Under the pieces are notes generated by a model. The model was given only the letters and a program-made list of their open reading frames with translations, made no database searches and was not told the origin of the DNA. Of a DNA stretch of 64,000 nt, positions 26,219 to 37,603 are shown in pieces. The position numbers and the translations under genes are program-made. This stretch comes from Bacteriovoracia bacterium (GTDB lineage: Bacteria; Bdellovibrionota; UBA1018; CAIPTA01): NCBI GenBank assembly GCA_050246755.1, contig JBFWVL010000001.1, positions 704,001 to 768,000 on the forward strand, written 5' to 3'. Positions within the stretch are counted from its first letter, which is position 1. The number at the start of each line of letters is the position of its first letter.

Positions 26219-27487
26219 TTAGAACGAAACGCCAGCAGTCAACTCGAGGTAACGAGTCTTCTGAGCTTGGGCACTGTTCGCACCGGCATAGGCGGCACCA
26301 GTGGTGGTAACTTTCTTCTCGATCTCTTTCATGAGCATGGCAGCTGCGCCGAGAGTGAAGTTATCAGCAATGTTGTAGCCAACAGTGATGATGTGACCTT
26401 TGTTGTCCGGGAGGAAGGTCTCGTTGGAGTAAGCGCCGATTACGGAAGCAATGCCTTTGCGAGCAAAGGTATAGCTAGCCGAGAAATCGTGGGCTTTGCG
26501 GAGCTTGCCGTAGGTCAAACCGAGAGCATAAGCAGTTTTGCTCACGCCGGTTTTAGCCAAGGCTGCGCCGTAACCAGTAACGGTTCCAACGTCGTAGTTA
26601 GCTTTGTTCTTTGCGTTCATGATCAACTCGCCAGTGAAAGCCAAGTTGTAAGGCAAGGTCCAGCTGGTGAGGAACTGCCATTGACGGGGGTTGTGGATGT
26701 TGAACGCTGCAGGAGCTTGAACAGCAGGGGTACCAGTGTTCAATGCAGTGTTCGTGTTACCGCCACCAGAAAGGTTGTTGTTGGTAGCGTCATTCCAGAA
26801 GTAGTAACCAACGGCGAACATAGCTTCGATCTCGTCAGCGAACTTCCAGTTCATGGTAGGTTGAACGCCCATCATGGTGTTGAAGTGCGAGCGAGTGTTA
26901 GCTACAGCTTCCGTGGCTTCCGTCTTGATGTAAGCAGAAGAAGAGTTGATGGTTGCACGGTCTTTCGCGCCAGTGATGTACTGAGCGGCGTTGAGGCCGA
27001 ACATACCGAATTTGAAATTCCAGCCGAAGCCGTCGAAACGAACGTCGTTATCGAACAAGGACTGTGCGCCCATGTCGTAAGCGAATACGTTCTTTTGGCG
27101 GCCGATGGTGAGAGCGGCGTTCACAGAACCGAAATCTTTGAGGTAACGGAACCAAGCTTGCTCGAGACCGAAGGTACGGTCGGTAGCGTTCTGAACGCCG
27201 ATATAATCGTCGTTACGAGCGTTGGTGGTGCGAAGACCCATTCCCCACTCAACTTGCTCCCAACCACCGGTAACACCGAGGTTAGCGCGCACGTCGTAGG
27301 CTTTTCTGGTAATGGTCGAAGTGTCTTTGCCGGCAGTGGTGCCCGCAGCAACTTTCGAACCCAAGCTGTCATCATACTTGGTGTGGCTGAAGCGCCAACC
27401 AGCAGAACCGTTCCATTTCATTTCAGCTGCCGAGGCAGAGGTTGCAATCAAGCTTGCAACTGCCAATACAAATAGATTTCTCATCAC
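26219..27487 (-). CDS. Putative outer-membrane porin, paralog 1, probably highly expressed
   Basis: AGGAG RBS; signal peptide; C-terminal LTAGVSF; IGRQK, DNDVRFDG; strong GCT/GGT/AAC/TTC codon preference. Confidence 0.85.
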   Translation of the reverse strand: MMRNLFVLAVASLIATSASAAEMKWNGSAGWRFSHTKYDDSLGSKVAAGTTAGKDTSTITRKAYDVRANLGVTGGWEQVEWGMGLRTTNARNDDYIGVQNATDRTFGLEQAWFRYLKDFGSVNAALTIGRQKNVFAYDMGAQSLFDNDVRFDGFGWNFKFGMFGLNAAQYITGAKDRATINSSSAYIKTEATEAVANTRSHFNTMMGVQPTMNWKFADEIEAMFAVGYYFWNDATNNNLSGGGNTNTALNTGTPAVQAPAAFNIHNPRQWQFLTSWTLPYNLAFTGELIMNAKNKANYDVGTVTGYGAALAKTGVSKTAYALGLTYGKLRKAHDFSASYTFARKGIASVIGAYSNETFLPDNKGHIITVGYNIADNFTLGAAAMLMKEIEKKVTTTGAAYAGANSAQAQKTRYLELTAGVSF

Positions 27488-27721
27488 TTAACTCCTGTTT
27501 TAGTTCGCTTCCTTCTAGCGGAAGCAGCTTTTCGCAAACGTACTACGTTAAACTTCTCAACCCGAGTTACCGATCTTGTCGCCTAATCTCACTGCGAAAA
27601 ACTTTTCGCAGCTCTTATTTTGGCATCAGGATCTTCTCGGGGTGGAGGTCGCCGAATTTCCGAAAAATTAATTTTCCAGCGTTTTCAGCGAACTTCACCC
27701 AAAGATGTAACTTCACTAACA

Positions 27722-27749
27722 GATTTAAGCAGGGCGCTCTTTGTGTCAA
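27722..27749 (-). promoter_or_regulatory. Putative sigma70 promoter for porin paralog 1
   Basis: TTGACA-N16-TAAATC on the minus strand, implying a ~230-nt leader. Confidence 0.4.
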
Positions 27750-27874
27750 TACCAACAAAAAGAATTTTATCAATTTACCTGACACCAGGCACAAATTCTA
27801 CACGGTAACGTGCTTCCGCCAGGTAGGCGGAAATTAGCATTGGGTTCGCGAATTTTTTTTCCTACCATATACAT

Positions 27875-30433
27875 ATGGCTTCCAGCGCGGGTTCTAAAAA
27901 GAGTTCTTCCACCTCCACGTCCACTTTACTGCAAGACCTTCTGGGCTTGTTCTTTCTCTTCTTAGCGGTGTTTACTCTGCTAGCGCTCTGCTCGTATTCG
28001 AATCATGATCCCTCTTTCTTTACCTCTTCGCGCGCGCCGGCAAAAAATCTCGCGGGTATCTTGGGCAGCCACTGGGCCTCGTTTCTCTGGCAGGCTTTGG
28101 GCGCCGCCGCATTTATGCAGGCCACCATTTTCTTTTTGGCCGGCATCGCGCTTTTTCGCCGCATCTCTCGCCAGACGTGGGCACTTGCCACAGCGAATTA
28201 CCTTTTGCTCTTGGTGGCCACCGCCGCGAGCTTCGGCCTCGTGCGTAAGCCGCTCTTCGTGGGCGGCACGTATTTCTCGCTCGGCGGAATCGTGGGCGAC
28301 CTTCTCGGCGGTTTCTTCCAATCGTACTTGAATACCGCGGGCGCCGCGCTTTTCACGGCCTGCGTGTTTCTGTTTGCGATCAGCCTTTCCACGAAAATTT
28401 CCGTGCGCGATCTTGGTCTGTACGTATGGCTAGGCTTTTCCAAAGCCGGTGTGGCGGTGGTAGGAATTCTTCTCTACTTGGGCATGCAGGTGTGGGCGAT
28501 GATGGAAAAAGCCTACGGCGAAATCCGCCCGGCCTTGGTAAGGGCCTTCGGCAACGCGTTTCTAGCGGTGGGCGAAAAGATCCAGGCGTTCCGCGCCAGC
28601 CGCGCCGAAAAGAAAGCCGCGGCGGTACTGGCGAAATCTTTGGAACCTAAGATTGTGGTGGCCCCCGTTCTGGCCGAACCCATCGTGGAGCGCGCCGGGA
28701 ACGTGATTCCGATCCGTGCCCAGCCCCTAGCGGTGGCTCCCTCCGCGGAAGTGATGAGCAGCGATCAGGCTCCCGCGGCGGAAGATGATGGTCCCGAAAT
28801 TATTTTCGATCAGGCCGAAGGCACCCAGGAAATTTTCGACAATCCCGGCGAGATGGCCGGCTCGCAGGGAGAGAAATCCACGTTCTCGCCGTTGATGAAT
28901 TTCGTGAAGAACAAGGTGAGCCAGAACGAGAAAGCGGTGAAAACGGCCCTCGGCAAGAAAGTCCGCTACGAGATGCCGCCCCTTTCCTTCCTGCACACTC
29001 CGATCGCCGAAGAAAATAAGCTCGACCGCGAAGAGCTGCTCCGCAATTCCAAGATGCTCGAAGAAAAGCTCGGCGACTTCAACGTGAAGGGCCAAGTTAC
29101 GGCCGTGAAGCCCGGCCCCGTGGTCACGATGTACGAGTTCAAACCCGCCGCCGGCGTGAAAGTGAATTCGATCTCCAATTTGAGCGATGATTTGGCTCTG
29201 GCATTGTCCGCCAAGAGCATCCGCATCGTGGCACCCATTCCCGGCCGCGACGTGGTGGGCATCGAGGTTCCAAATAAACACCGCGAATCCGTGCTACTGA
29301 AGGAAATCATCGGTTCCGATACCTTCAACTCCAAGAACCACTCGATCCCGATCGCGATCGGCAAAGACATTCTCGGCGCGCCCGTGGTGGCCGATCTCAA
29401 AAAGATGCCCCACTTGCTCGTGGCCGGAACCACCGGCTCGGGTAAATCCGTTTTCATCAATACCTTGATCTGCTCGGCGCTCTATAAATTCAGCCCGCAG
29501 GACCTGCAGCTGATCCTCGTGGATCCTAAGCAGCTCGAGCTCGCCCCCTACAACGATATTCCCCACCTGCTCTTGCCGGTGGTTACCGAGCCCCGCAAGG
29601 CTTCGCTGGCGTTGAACTGGGCCGTGCAGGAAATGGAGCGCCGTTACCGGGTGATCGCCGCCTCCGTTACCCGCGACCAAGAAGGCTACAATAAAAAACT
29701 CGACGAAGTGGGCGAAGAGAAGATGGGCCAGCTCATCAATAAGAACAAAACCGACCTCGACGAAAAATTCTCCGCCGAGCGCATGCCCAAGCTCGTGATC
29801 GTGATCGACGAGCTCGCCGACCTCATGATGACCGCCAAGGCCGACGTGGAGAATAATATCTGCCGCCTCGCCCAGAAAGCCCGCGCCGCCGGCATTCACT
29901 TGGTGCTCGCCACGCAACGCCCTTCCACCGATGTGATCACCGGCTTGATCAAGGCCAACCTTCCTTCCCGCATCTGCTTCAAGGTGAGTTCCAAGATCGA
30001 TTCCCGCGTGATGTTCGATGCGATGGGCGCCGAAAAGCTCATCGGCATGGGCGATATGCTCTTCATGCCTCCCGGCGATTCCGCGTTAGTGCGCATGCAC
30101 GGGGCTTACCTTTCGGTGGAGGAAGTGGATCAGATCACGAATTTCTGGCGCGCCCAGGGCAAGCCCATTTACCGCACGGATATCTTGGTGGATCCGGAAG
30201 AGGAAGGCGACGGCGAAGGAGCCTTTTCTTCGGAAGATGCGAACGATCCCATTTACAAGCAGGCCCTGGAGATCGCCTACAGCTCCAACGGGATTAGCGC
30301 TTCTTACCTCCAGCGTCGCTTGCGCATCGGCTATAATAAGGCCGCGCGCTTCGTGGAGATGATGGAAGCGCAAGGCATCGTGGGCCCGGCTGATGGCTCG
30401 AAGCCTCGGCCGCTGATCGGCCCGCGGCCTTAA
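27875..30433 (+). CDS. ftsK: DNA translocase FtsK
   Basis: N-terminal TM domain, PHLLVAGTTGSGKS, VIDELADLM, ATQRPS, gamma domain LQRRLRIGYNKAAR. Confidence 0.97.
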   Translation: MASSAGSKKSSSTSTSTLLQDLLGLFFLFLAVFTLLALCSYSNHDPSFFTSSRAPAKNLAGILGSHWASFLWQALGAAAFMQATIFFLAGIALFRRISRQTWALATANYLLLLVATAASFGLVRKPLFVGGTYFSLGGIVGDLLGGFFQSYLNTAGAALFTACVFLFAISLSTKISVRDLGLYVWLGFSKAGVAVVGILLYLGMQVWAMMEKAYGEIRPALVRAFGNAFLAVGEKIQAFRASRAEKKAAAVLAKSLEPKIVVAPVLAEPIVERAGNVIPIRAQPLAVAPSAEVMSSDQAPAAEDDGPEIIFDQAEGTQEIFDNPGEMAGSQGEKSTFSPLMNFVKNKVSQNEKAVKTALGKKVRYEMPPLSFLHTPIAEENKLDREELLRNSKMLEEKLGDFNVKGQVTAVKPGPVVTMYEFKPAAGVKVNSISNLSDDLALALSAKSIRIVAPIPGRDVVGIEVPNKHRESVLLKEIIGSDTFNSKNHSIPIAIGKDILGAPVVADLKKMPHLLVAGTTGSGKSVFINTLICSALYKFSPQDLQLILVDPKQLELAPYNDIPHLLLPVVTEPRKASLALNWAVQEMERRYRVIAASVTRDQEGYNKKLDEVGEEKMGQLINKNKTDLDEKFSAERMPKLVIVIDELADLMMTAKADVENNICRLAQKARAAGIHLVLATQRPSTDVITGLIKANLPSRICFKVSSKIDSRVMFDAMGAEKLIGMGDMLFMPPGDSALVRMHGAYLSVEEVDQITNFWRAQGKPIYRTDILVDPEEEGDGEGAFSSEDANDPIYKQALEIAYSSNGISASYLQRRLRIGYNKAARFVEMMEAQGIVGPADGSKPRPLIGPRP

Positions 30434-30539
30434 AATTCCGCAGCGGCAATCCAATCGGCTTAGGCAAGACCGCCACCGAATGCCGCGCGCAGGGCGGGCA
30501 TTCGCTCTTCGCCCGCAACGTGAACCGCTGTTTTAGTTT

Positions 30540-31079
30540 TTAAGCTTTGCGAACGAAGGTTGCGCTGAAATTATCCTGCGGCAGCGCGCTTTTGCGGCTG
30601 CGCAAGCTCGAGAGCAGCAAAGAACCGCCGCTCACGTACACGAGGGTAAACCCAAGCAGGCGCCGCGCGAGCGCTTCCACCGAGGGCACTCGTCCTTCCC
30701 GGTCTACGATCTTCAAGCCAAACAGGCCCATCCCGAAAGTTCTGCCTAGCCAAGCCGGTAGCGCCACGAAATAAAGAATCGAGAAGAATCCGGCGCAGGC
30801 GCCAACGAGCTGGCCGTTCGCGTAGTCAAACGCCTCGAAAAAAACAGCCGCCGAGGAGGCCGTCTGAAATTCCGTTCTATAAATTGCCACGAAAACCACC
30901 GCGAAAAACTTCGCGGCGTAGGCACTCGCACCGAGCACGACCGCCAGGTCCAAGGCATGCGCCATCAGGCGCGCGGTGATATGCAAAGAAGCCCGTTCCG
31001 GCGCCGGCGCGGGAGGCGCCAGCAAGCGCAGGCCGGTCTCGGGGGCGGAGGCTTCCGGAATATAGTAAGGAATCGGCAT
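30540..31079 (-). CDS. RDD family membrane protein
   Basis: RLMAHALD, GRTFGMGLFGLKIV, LPQDNFSATFV. Confidence 0.8.
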   Translation of the reverse strand: MPIPYYIPEASAPETGLRLLAPPAPAPERASLHITARLMAHALDLAVVLGASAYAAKFFAVVFVAIYRTEFQTASSAAVFFEAFDYANGQLVGACAGFFSILYFVALPAWLGRTFGMGLFGLKIVDREGRVPSVEALARRLLGFTLVYVSGGSLLLSSLRSRKSALPQDNFSATFVRKA

Positions 31080-31086
31080 CGTTTAC

Positions 31087-31114
31087 TGATCGGGAAATTT
31101 GCCCTTCGCCTTGA
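31087..31114 (-). promoter_or_regulatory. Putative sigma28/FliA-type promoter of the RDD gene
   Basis: TCAAG-N15-CCCGATCA ending 7 nt before the ATG. Confidence 0.45.
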
Positions 31115-31260
31115 ATCTGGAAGGCGCAGGGCGGACAAAAATTCACCTATAATTTTCAGCACTTACAGATCATTCAGCGCTCCGCCCCATAACGCACCTA
31201 AGCTCCCGTAAAACTTAGCTTTTCCGCTTTGTGGGTCTAAAAGCCCGTGCTATCACTTCC

Positions 31261-31370
31261 CACACTACTCACGGCTCCCTTGCACCTACCCCCGTAGGTG
31301 CCTGCTGTTTAAGTGCTGGATATTAGCCAATATCCGGATTTGGGGCCGGCGGATGGAGAACGTAATCACT
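31261..31370 (+). ncRNA. rpsB 5' leader (S2 autoregulatory, t44-like element)
   Basis: Lies between a TGC-TATCAC -10 candidate and rpsB; contains CACAC..., GGTGCC, TTTGGGGCCGG and GGATGGAG resembling rpsB leaders; hairpins GCACCTAC/GTAGGTGC and GGATATT/AATATCC. Confidence 0.55.
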
Positions 31371-31411
31371 ATCGATTGCATCTCCTAAACTTAAACCTGG
31401 AAAGGGGATCT

Positions 31412-32263
31412 ATGCCTACTGTTGTCATGAAAGACCTGCTCGAAGCAGGCGTTCACTTCGGCCACCAAACCAAACGCTGGAATCCAAAAATGAAGCCTTA
31501 CGTGTACGGCGCACGTAACGGGATCTACATCATCGATCTCCAAAAAACCCTCGGCCTCGCCCGCGATGCCGTTGAGTTCGCGAAGAAAACCACGAGCGAA
31601 GGAAAGAAAATTCTTTTCGTAGCCACCAAGAAACAAGCCCGCGACATCGTGGCCCAAGAAGCGAAACGCGCCGATCAATTCTGCGTGAACAACCGCTGGC
31701 TCGGTGGAACGCTCACCAACTACCAAACCGTAAAAGCTTCGATCGATCAACTGAAGAAGTACAACGCCATGGAAGAATCCGGTGAACTTCAGGCGATGAA
31801 CAAAAAACACGTAGCCCGCATCAATAAGCACCGCGAGAAGCTGCATAAAAACCTCGGTGGCATCACCGAAATGCGCAAACTTCCCGGCGCTCTCTTCATC
31901 ATCGACCCCTCCAAGGAACACACTGCCGTGCTCGAAGCGAACCGCCTCGGTATCCCCGTGATCTCCGTGGTGGACACGAACTGCGATCCTACCGGCATCG
32001 ATTTCGTGATCCCCGGCAACGACGACGCGATCAAATCGATCCGTCTGTTTTGCTCGCTTGTTTCCGAAGCTTGCATCGAAGGAACCGCTAAGTTCCAAGA
32101 GAAACTCCGCGCGAACGAAATCCAAGAAGAGAAAGAGGACACGAACACCGCTCCTGTTTCCCGCTTCGAAGGACACGTGGATCTCGTGAGCCCCGATGAA
32201 GCCGAATTGGCCATGAAAGCCGCTGAAGAAGCAGCTAAGGCCAGCGAAGGAGAGAAGGCCTAG
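31412..32263 (+). CDS. rpsB: 30S ribosomal protein S2
   Basis: [37 protein letters not shown]; ATG 31412 after AAGGGG. Confidence 0.98.
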   Translation: MPTVVMKDLLEAGVHFGHQTKRWNPKMKPYVYGARNGIYIIDLQKTLGLARDAVEFAKKTTSEGKKILFVATKKQARDIVAQEAKRADQFCVNNRWLGGTLTNYQTVKASIDQLKKYNAMEESGELQAMNKKHVARINKHREKLHKNLGGITEMRKLPGALFIIDPSKEHTAVLEANRLGIPVISVVDTNCDPTGIDFVIPGNDDAIKSIRLFCSLVSEACIEGTAKFQEKLRANEIQEEKEDTNTAPVSRFEGHVDLVSPDEAELAMKAAEEAAKASEGEKA

Positions 32264-32276
32264 CGCCTTCTCTCTT
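32250..32276 (+). terminator. Hairpin/attenuator overlapping the rpsB stop
   Basis: GAGAGAAGGC-CTAGC-GCCTTCTCTC followed by a weak pyrimidine tract. Confidence 0.45.
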
Positions 32277-32309
32277 CACTCATTCATTTAATTCTTTTAA
32301 GAGGAAATT

Positions 32310-33682
<1,373 letters not shown>

Positions 33683-33693
33683 TAGGAGAAACG

Positions 33694-34248
33694 ATGAAAG
33701 AAGTAATCCAGAAATTCGAACAAGAAAATTCCGCTTCCATCAAATCGCTCAAAGAGCATTTGGGGAAAATCCGCACTGGCCGCGCCAACGTTTCGCTGCT
33801 CGACGGCGTGATGGTCGACTACTACGGAACTCCCACGCCCCTAAAGCAAGTGGCCAATCTTTCCACGCCAGATGCCCGCACCGTGCAAGTACAGGCCTGG
33901 GAGAGCTCGATCCTTGGCGCGATTGAAAAAGCCATCATCGGCGCAAACACGGGCCTCACCCCGATGAACGACGGCAAAATCATCCGCGTTCCCGTGCCCG
34001 CTCTCACTGAAGAGCGCCGCAAGGATCTCGTGAAGCAGGCAAAAAAAATCGGCGAAGACGCGAAAGTCGCGATCCGCAATAGCCGCCGCGAAGCCAACGA
34101 AACCTTGAAAAAGCAGGAAAAAGATAAAGCCATCTCGGAAGACGAAGCCAAGCGTGGCACCGAGGAAGTGCAGAAGAAGACCGACTCGGCAATCGTGGAA
34201 GTGGATAAGATCCTCGCCGATAAAGAGAAAGAAATTATTACGATCTGA
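33694..34248 (+). CDS. frr: Ribosome recycling factor
   Basis: IRTGRAN, VDYYGTPTPL, PALTEERRKDLVK. Confidence 0.98.
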   Translation: MKEVIQKFEQENSASIKSLKEHLGKIRTGRANVSLLDGVMVDYYGTPTPLKQVANLSTPDARTVQVQAWESSILGAIEKAIIGANTGLTPMNDGKIIRVPVPALTEERRKDLVKQAKKIGEDAKVAIRNSRREANETLKKQEKDKAISEDEAKRGTEEVQKKTDSAIVEVDKILADKEKEIITI

Positions 34249-34269
34249 GCCAGGCTCAGATCTCGGCCG

Positions 34270-34971
34270 ATGTCGAAATTACCCCGACATATCGCGATCA
34301 TCATGGACGGAAACGGCCGGTGGGCCGAAAAGCGTCGGCATAACCGCGTTTTCGGCCATGCAAAAGGCGTGGAAAGAGCGCGCGAGATCACCCGTGAGTG
34401 CGCCAAGCTGGGCGTGGAAGCGCTCACGCTTTATACCTTCTCTACCGAGAATTGGCAGCGCCCCGAGCGCGAAGTGAACTTCCTGATGAAGCTCTTGCTT
34501 CGTTACCTGAAGTTCGAAACCAAAGAATTGATCGAGAATAACCTTCGCTGCCGGGCGATCGGCTTCACGCATATGCTGCCCAAAAATATTCAGAATGAGC
34601 TGCAGCGACTGCAGGAAGCCACCAAGAACAATACCGGGATGTACCTGAACATCGCGCTTTCCTACGGCTCCCGCCAAGAGCTTACCGAGGCGGCGCGAGC
34701 GCTGGCCGTGGACGTGGCCGAAGGAAAAATTCGGCCTAGCGAAATCACCGAAGCCCATTTGGCGGCAAAGCTTTTCACCAAGGAGTCTCCCGACCCGGAT
34801 CTGCTGATCCGCACCGGCGGAGACCAGCGGATTTCCAATTTCTTGCTCTGGCAGTCGGCCTACGCGGAACTTTATTTTGCCGAAAAGTGCTGGCCGGATT
34901 TCGGGGTGGAAGACCTGCACCTAGCGCTCGCCAGCTTCGCCCGCCGCGAGCGCCGTTTCGGAAAGGTATAA
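34270..34971 (+). CDS. uppS: Undecaprenyl diphosphate synthase
   Basis: HIAIIMDGNGRWA, FSTENW, RTGGDQRISNFLLWQ. Confidence 0.97.
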   Translation: MSKLPRHIAIIMDGNGRWAEKRRHNRVFGHAKGVERAREITRECAKLGVEALTLYTFSTENWQRPEREVNFLMKLLLRYLKFETKELIENNLRCRAIGFTHMLPKNIQNELQRLQEATKNNTGMYLNIALSYGSRQELTEAARALAVDVAEGKIRPSEITEAHLAAKLFTKESPDPDLLIRTGGDQRISNFLLWQSAYAELYFAEKCWPDFGVEDLHLALASFARRERRFGKV

Positions 34972-34978
34972 GCCTGCG

Positions 34979-35800
34979 ATGAACCTAGAACATAAAAAAC
35001 GCTGGATCGCCGCCGTAGTGGGCGTGGCCTTCTTGGCCTCGATCTATTTCTATTTCGGGCATTACGGGCTCGTGGGAATTACCGTGGCGATTGCGGGCGT
35101 GGCCTATTCCGAATTTCTAGATTTTTCCAAAAGTGTGGATGGGCTCGTTTCCCGCTGGGTCATTTCTACTCTCGGCGCCTTGCTTTGCTTATGGCTTAGC
35201 CTGAATTGGCCAGCCGCCCTGCCCGCCATCTACGTGATCGCGTTACTCATTTCCCTTCGTGGCCTGCTAATGGCCCACCGCTTAGCTCCAGGAGAGAGCT
35301 TACTGCCAGGATTTCTCGCGGTGCAGGCGCGTGTTTTCGGTCTCGTTTATTTCTGCGTATTTCTCTCCTTCGTTCCTAAGGTGCATTCGCTTCCCCATGG
35401 CCCCGCGCTTTTCGTATTTTTACTCGGTATCATCTGGCTCGGAGACACGGGCGCCTACTACGGCGGAAAAACCTTCGGGCGCAAGAAGCTTTCTCCTGTC
35501 GTGAGCCCCGGTAAAACGCTCGAAGGTTCCCTCTCGGCTTTGCTGGCGTGCACCATCTTCGCCATTGGCCTGCAGATCTACGCTCTGCCTCATATTTCGA
35601 TGGAAAAAATGATTGCCATCGCGCTGCTTGGCTCCCTAGTAGCGCAAGCGGGCGATCTAATTGAGTCGCAAATGAAACGAGCCTACGGAGTGAAGGATAG
35701 CGGCACACTTTTACCTGGTCATGGTGGAGTATTCGACCGTTTCGATAGCCTTATCTTGGCCGCGCCGTTCTTCTATATTCTCGCGCGTCTTCTCACTTAA
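34979..35800 (+). CDS. cdsA: Phosphatidate cytidylyltransferase
   Basis: DTGAYYGG, SPGKTLEG, KDSGTLLPGHGGVFDRFDS. Confidence 0.95.
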   Translation: MNLEHKKRWIAAVVGVAFLASIYFYFGHYGLVGITVAIAGVAYSEFLDFSKSVDGLVSRWVISTLGALLCLWLSLNWPAALPAIYVIALLISLRGLLMAHRLAPGESLLPGFLAVQARVFGLVYFCVFLSFVPKVHSLPHGPALFVFLLGIIWLGDTGAYYGGKTFGRKKLSPVVSPGKTLEGSLSALLACTIFAIGLQIYALPHISMEKMIAIALLGSLVAQAGDLIESQMKRAYGVKDSGTLLPGHGGVFDRFDSLILAAPFFYILARLLT

Positions 35801-35865
35801 GACGAGCCGCGTAACACGCCCTAAGTTTAGAAATTTTTTAGGCACTGCTGTGCTAGAATTTTCCC

Positions 35866-37602
35866 ATGCCGCAAATCATTTCGCACCTGCTTGGAACCCT
35901 AGAATATGTGTTCGCCATCGTAACTCTTCTGGGCGGCGTGATCGCCGTCCATGAGTTCGGACACTTCATCTTCGCCAAATGGGCGGGAATCCGCGTAGAC
36001 ACTTTTTCCATCGGCTTTGGTCCTAAGCTGTTTTCGAAAAAATGGCACGAAACGGAATATTGCCTCTCGCTGGTTCCATTGGGCGGCTTCGTAAAAATTT
36101 ACGGCCAGGATCCCGAGGAGCTCGTGAACGATCCCACGCCTACTCCCGATCGCGCGTTCGTGAAAAAGTCCCTTCCGCGCAAGCTCAGCGTTCTCTTCGG
36201 CGGACCGCTCTTCAATTATTTTCTCGCCATCTTGATCTTCGCTTTTTTGGCGGTAGTAGGCGTGCAGAAGTTGCCGTCGATTGCTACCCGCGTGATCGCC
36301 GAAACTCCTGCCTACCAGGCCGGCTTACGCTCGGGCGATTTGATCCTCAGCATCGACAATCAATCCACCCGCACTTTCGATGACGTGCTCGACGTGATCG
36401 CAAAAAACCCGGAAAAGACCCTGCGCTTCTCCATCCTGCGCGAAGGCGTTCCCGCCGAGCTGAACATTAAGGTGCAAAAAGAACACGCCCTCACTCCCTA
36501 TGGCGAAGAATCGATCGCGGGAAATCTCGAAGGCCTAGATCCCTTGGCGCGCGAGCCGGTAGTAGCCGTTTCGGCCCCCCAGCACCCCTGGGGATTCAAG
36601 TCGGGCGATCGCATGCTGGAAGTGGAAGGCGTGCCGGTAAAATCCTGGGAAGAGTTCGAGAAAAATATCGTGCGCTTACTCGCGGCTCCGCCCGAAAAAA
36701 TGCACTTCAAAGTGCAGCGCGGAACGGAAACCCTGGCCCTTGAATCCTCCAGCCTGCGGCCCATTTTGCAGAAATTAACCCGCAAGCAAGACGCGAATGA
36801 TTTCCTCGACGCGGCCGGCTTATTCAGCCCCGAGCTCTTCATCCAGGAAGTGGTGCGCGACGCTCCCGCTTACGATGCCGGCATCAAAGAAGGCGACCGT
36901 CTCGTTTCTGTGAATGGCCATCGCGTGTACAGTTTCGAGCACCTCCGGAATTTGATTCAGAATACCGGCGAAGAAGTGGCGAAGGCCGCCAAGGACGCCG
37001 GCAAAGAACCCGTATTCTCTCAGGCCGTACGCATCGCCGTAGACCGCGGCGGAAAACAGCAGGAGCTCATTAGCTCGATCCGCTCCACGAAGGGTAAAGA
37101 TCCGCTGGGCCAAACCATCGTGACGTACACGATTGGCATCCTTTCGGCCGGCAAGCCGATGATGCCGCCGAATCTCTTGATCGAGCGCACACTGAATCCC
37201 GTGAAAGCCCTCTGGATCGGCGTCTCGGAAACCACCGAGAATACCGTGATGACGGTAGTGGGCCTCAAGAAACTTCTCACCGGCGAAGTAAGTGCCAAAA
37301 CGATGGGGGGCCCCATCGCGATCGGCAAGATTGCGGGCGACACTTTCTCCACTCGCGGCTGGCGTGATTTCCTACGCGTGATGGCGATCATCTCGATCAG
37401 TCTCGGCGTGTTCAACTTGATCCCGGTTCCCATCCTCGACGGTGGGCACATCGTGTTTGCGATCATGGAGTCGATCCGCGGGCGTCCGCTTTCAAACGGC
37501 GTACAGCAAGCCTTCCTCAAGGTGGGTCTCTCGCTCATTCTTTTGCTGATGGTGTTTGCGCTTTACAACGATCTCTCGCGAGTGCTTCCTTTCTCTTTTT
37601 AG
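35866..37602 (+). CDS. rseP: RIP metalloprotease RseP with an expanded PDZ region
   Basis: HEFGH, FSIGFGP, NLIPVPILDGG; about three PDZ-like repeats (GDLILSI, GDRMLEV, GDRLVSV). Confidence 0.95.
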   Translation: MPQIISHLLGTLEYVFAIVTLLGGVIAVHEFGHFIFAKWAGIRVDTFSIGFGPKLFSKKWHETEYCLSLVPLGGFVKIYGQDPEELVNDPTPTPDRAFVKKSLPRKLSVLFGGPLFNYFLAILIFAFLAVVGVQKLPSIATRVIAETPAYQAGLRSGDLILSIDNQSTRTFDDVLDVIAKNPEKTLRFSILREGVPAELNIKVQKEHALTPYGEESIAGNLEGLDPLAREPVVAVSAPQHPWGFKSGDRMLEVEGVPVKSWEEFEKNIVRLLAAPPEKMHFKVQRGTETLALESSSLRPILQKLTRKQDANDFLDAAGLFSPELFIQEVVRDAPAYDAGIKEGDRLVSVNGHRVYSFEHLRNLIQNTGEEVAKAAKDAGKEPVFSQAVRIAVDRGGKQQELISSIRSTKGKDPLGQTIVTYTIGILSAGKPMMPPNLLIERTLNPVKALWIGVSETTENTVMTVVGLKKLLTGEVSAKTMGGPIAIGKIAGDTFSTRGWRDFLRVMAIISISLGVFNLIPVPILDGGHIVFAIMESIRGRPLSNGVQQAFLKVGLSLILLLMVFALYNDLSRVLPFSF

Positions 37603-37603
37603 C

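Noticed and set aside
26267-27475. 402-aa plus-strand ORF opposite the porin
   Set aside because: Explained by the strong codon bias of the porin; no RBS or protein-like features
35840-35853. GGCACTGCTGTGC as a sigma54 promoter for rseP
   Set aside because: GG-to-GC spacing is 9, not 10; better explained as an extended -10 (TGcTAGAAT)
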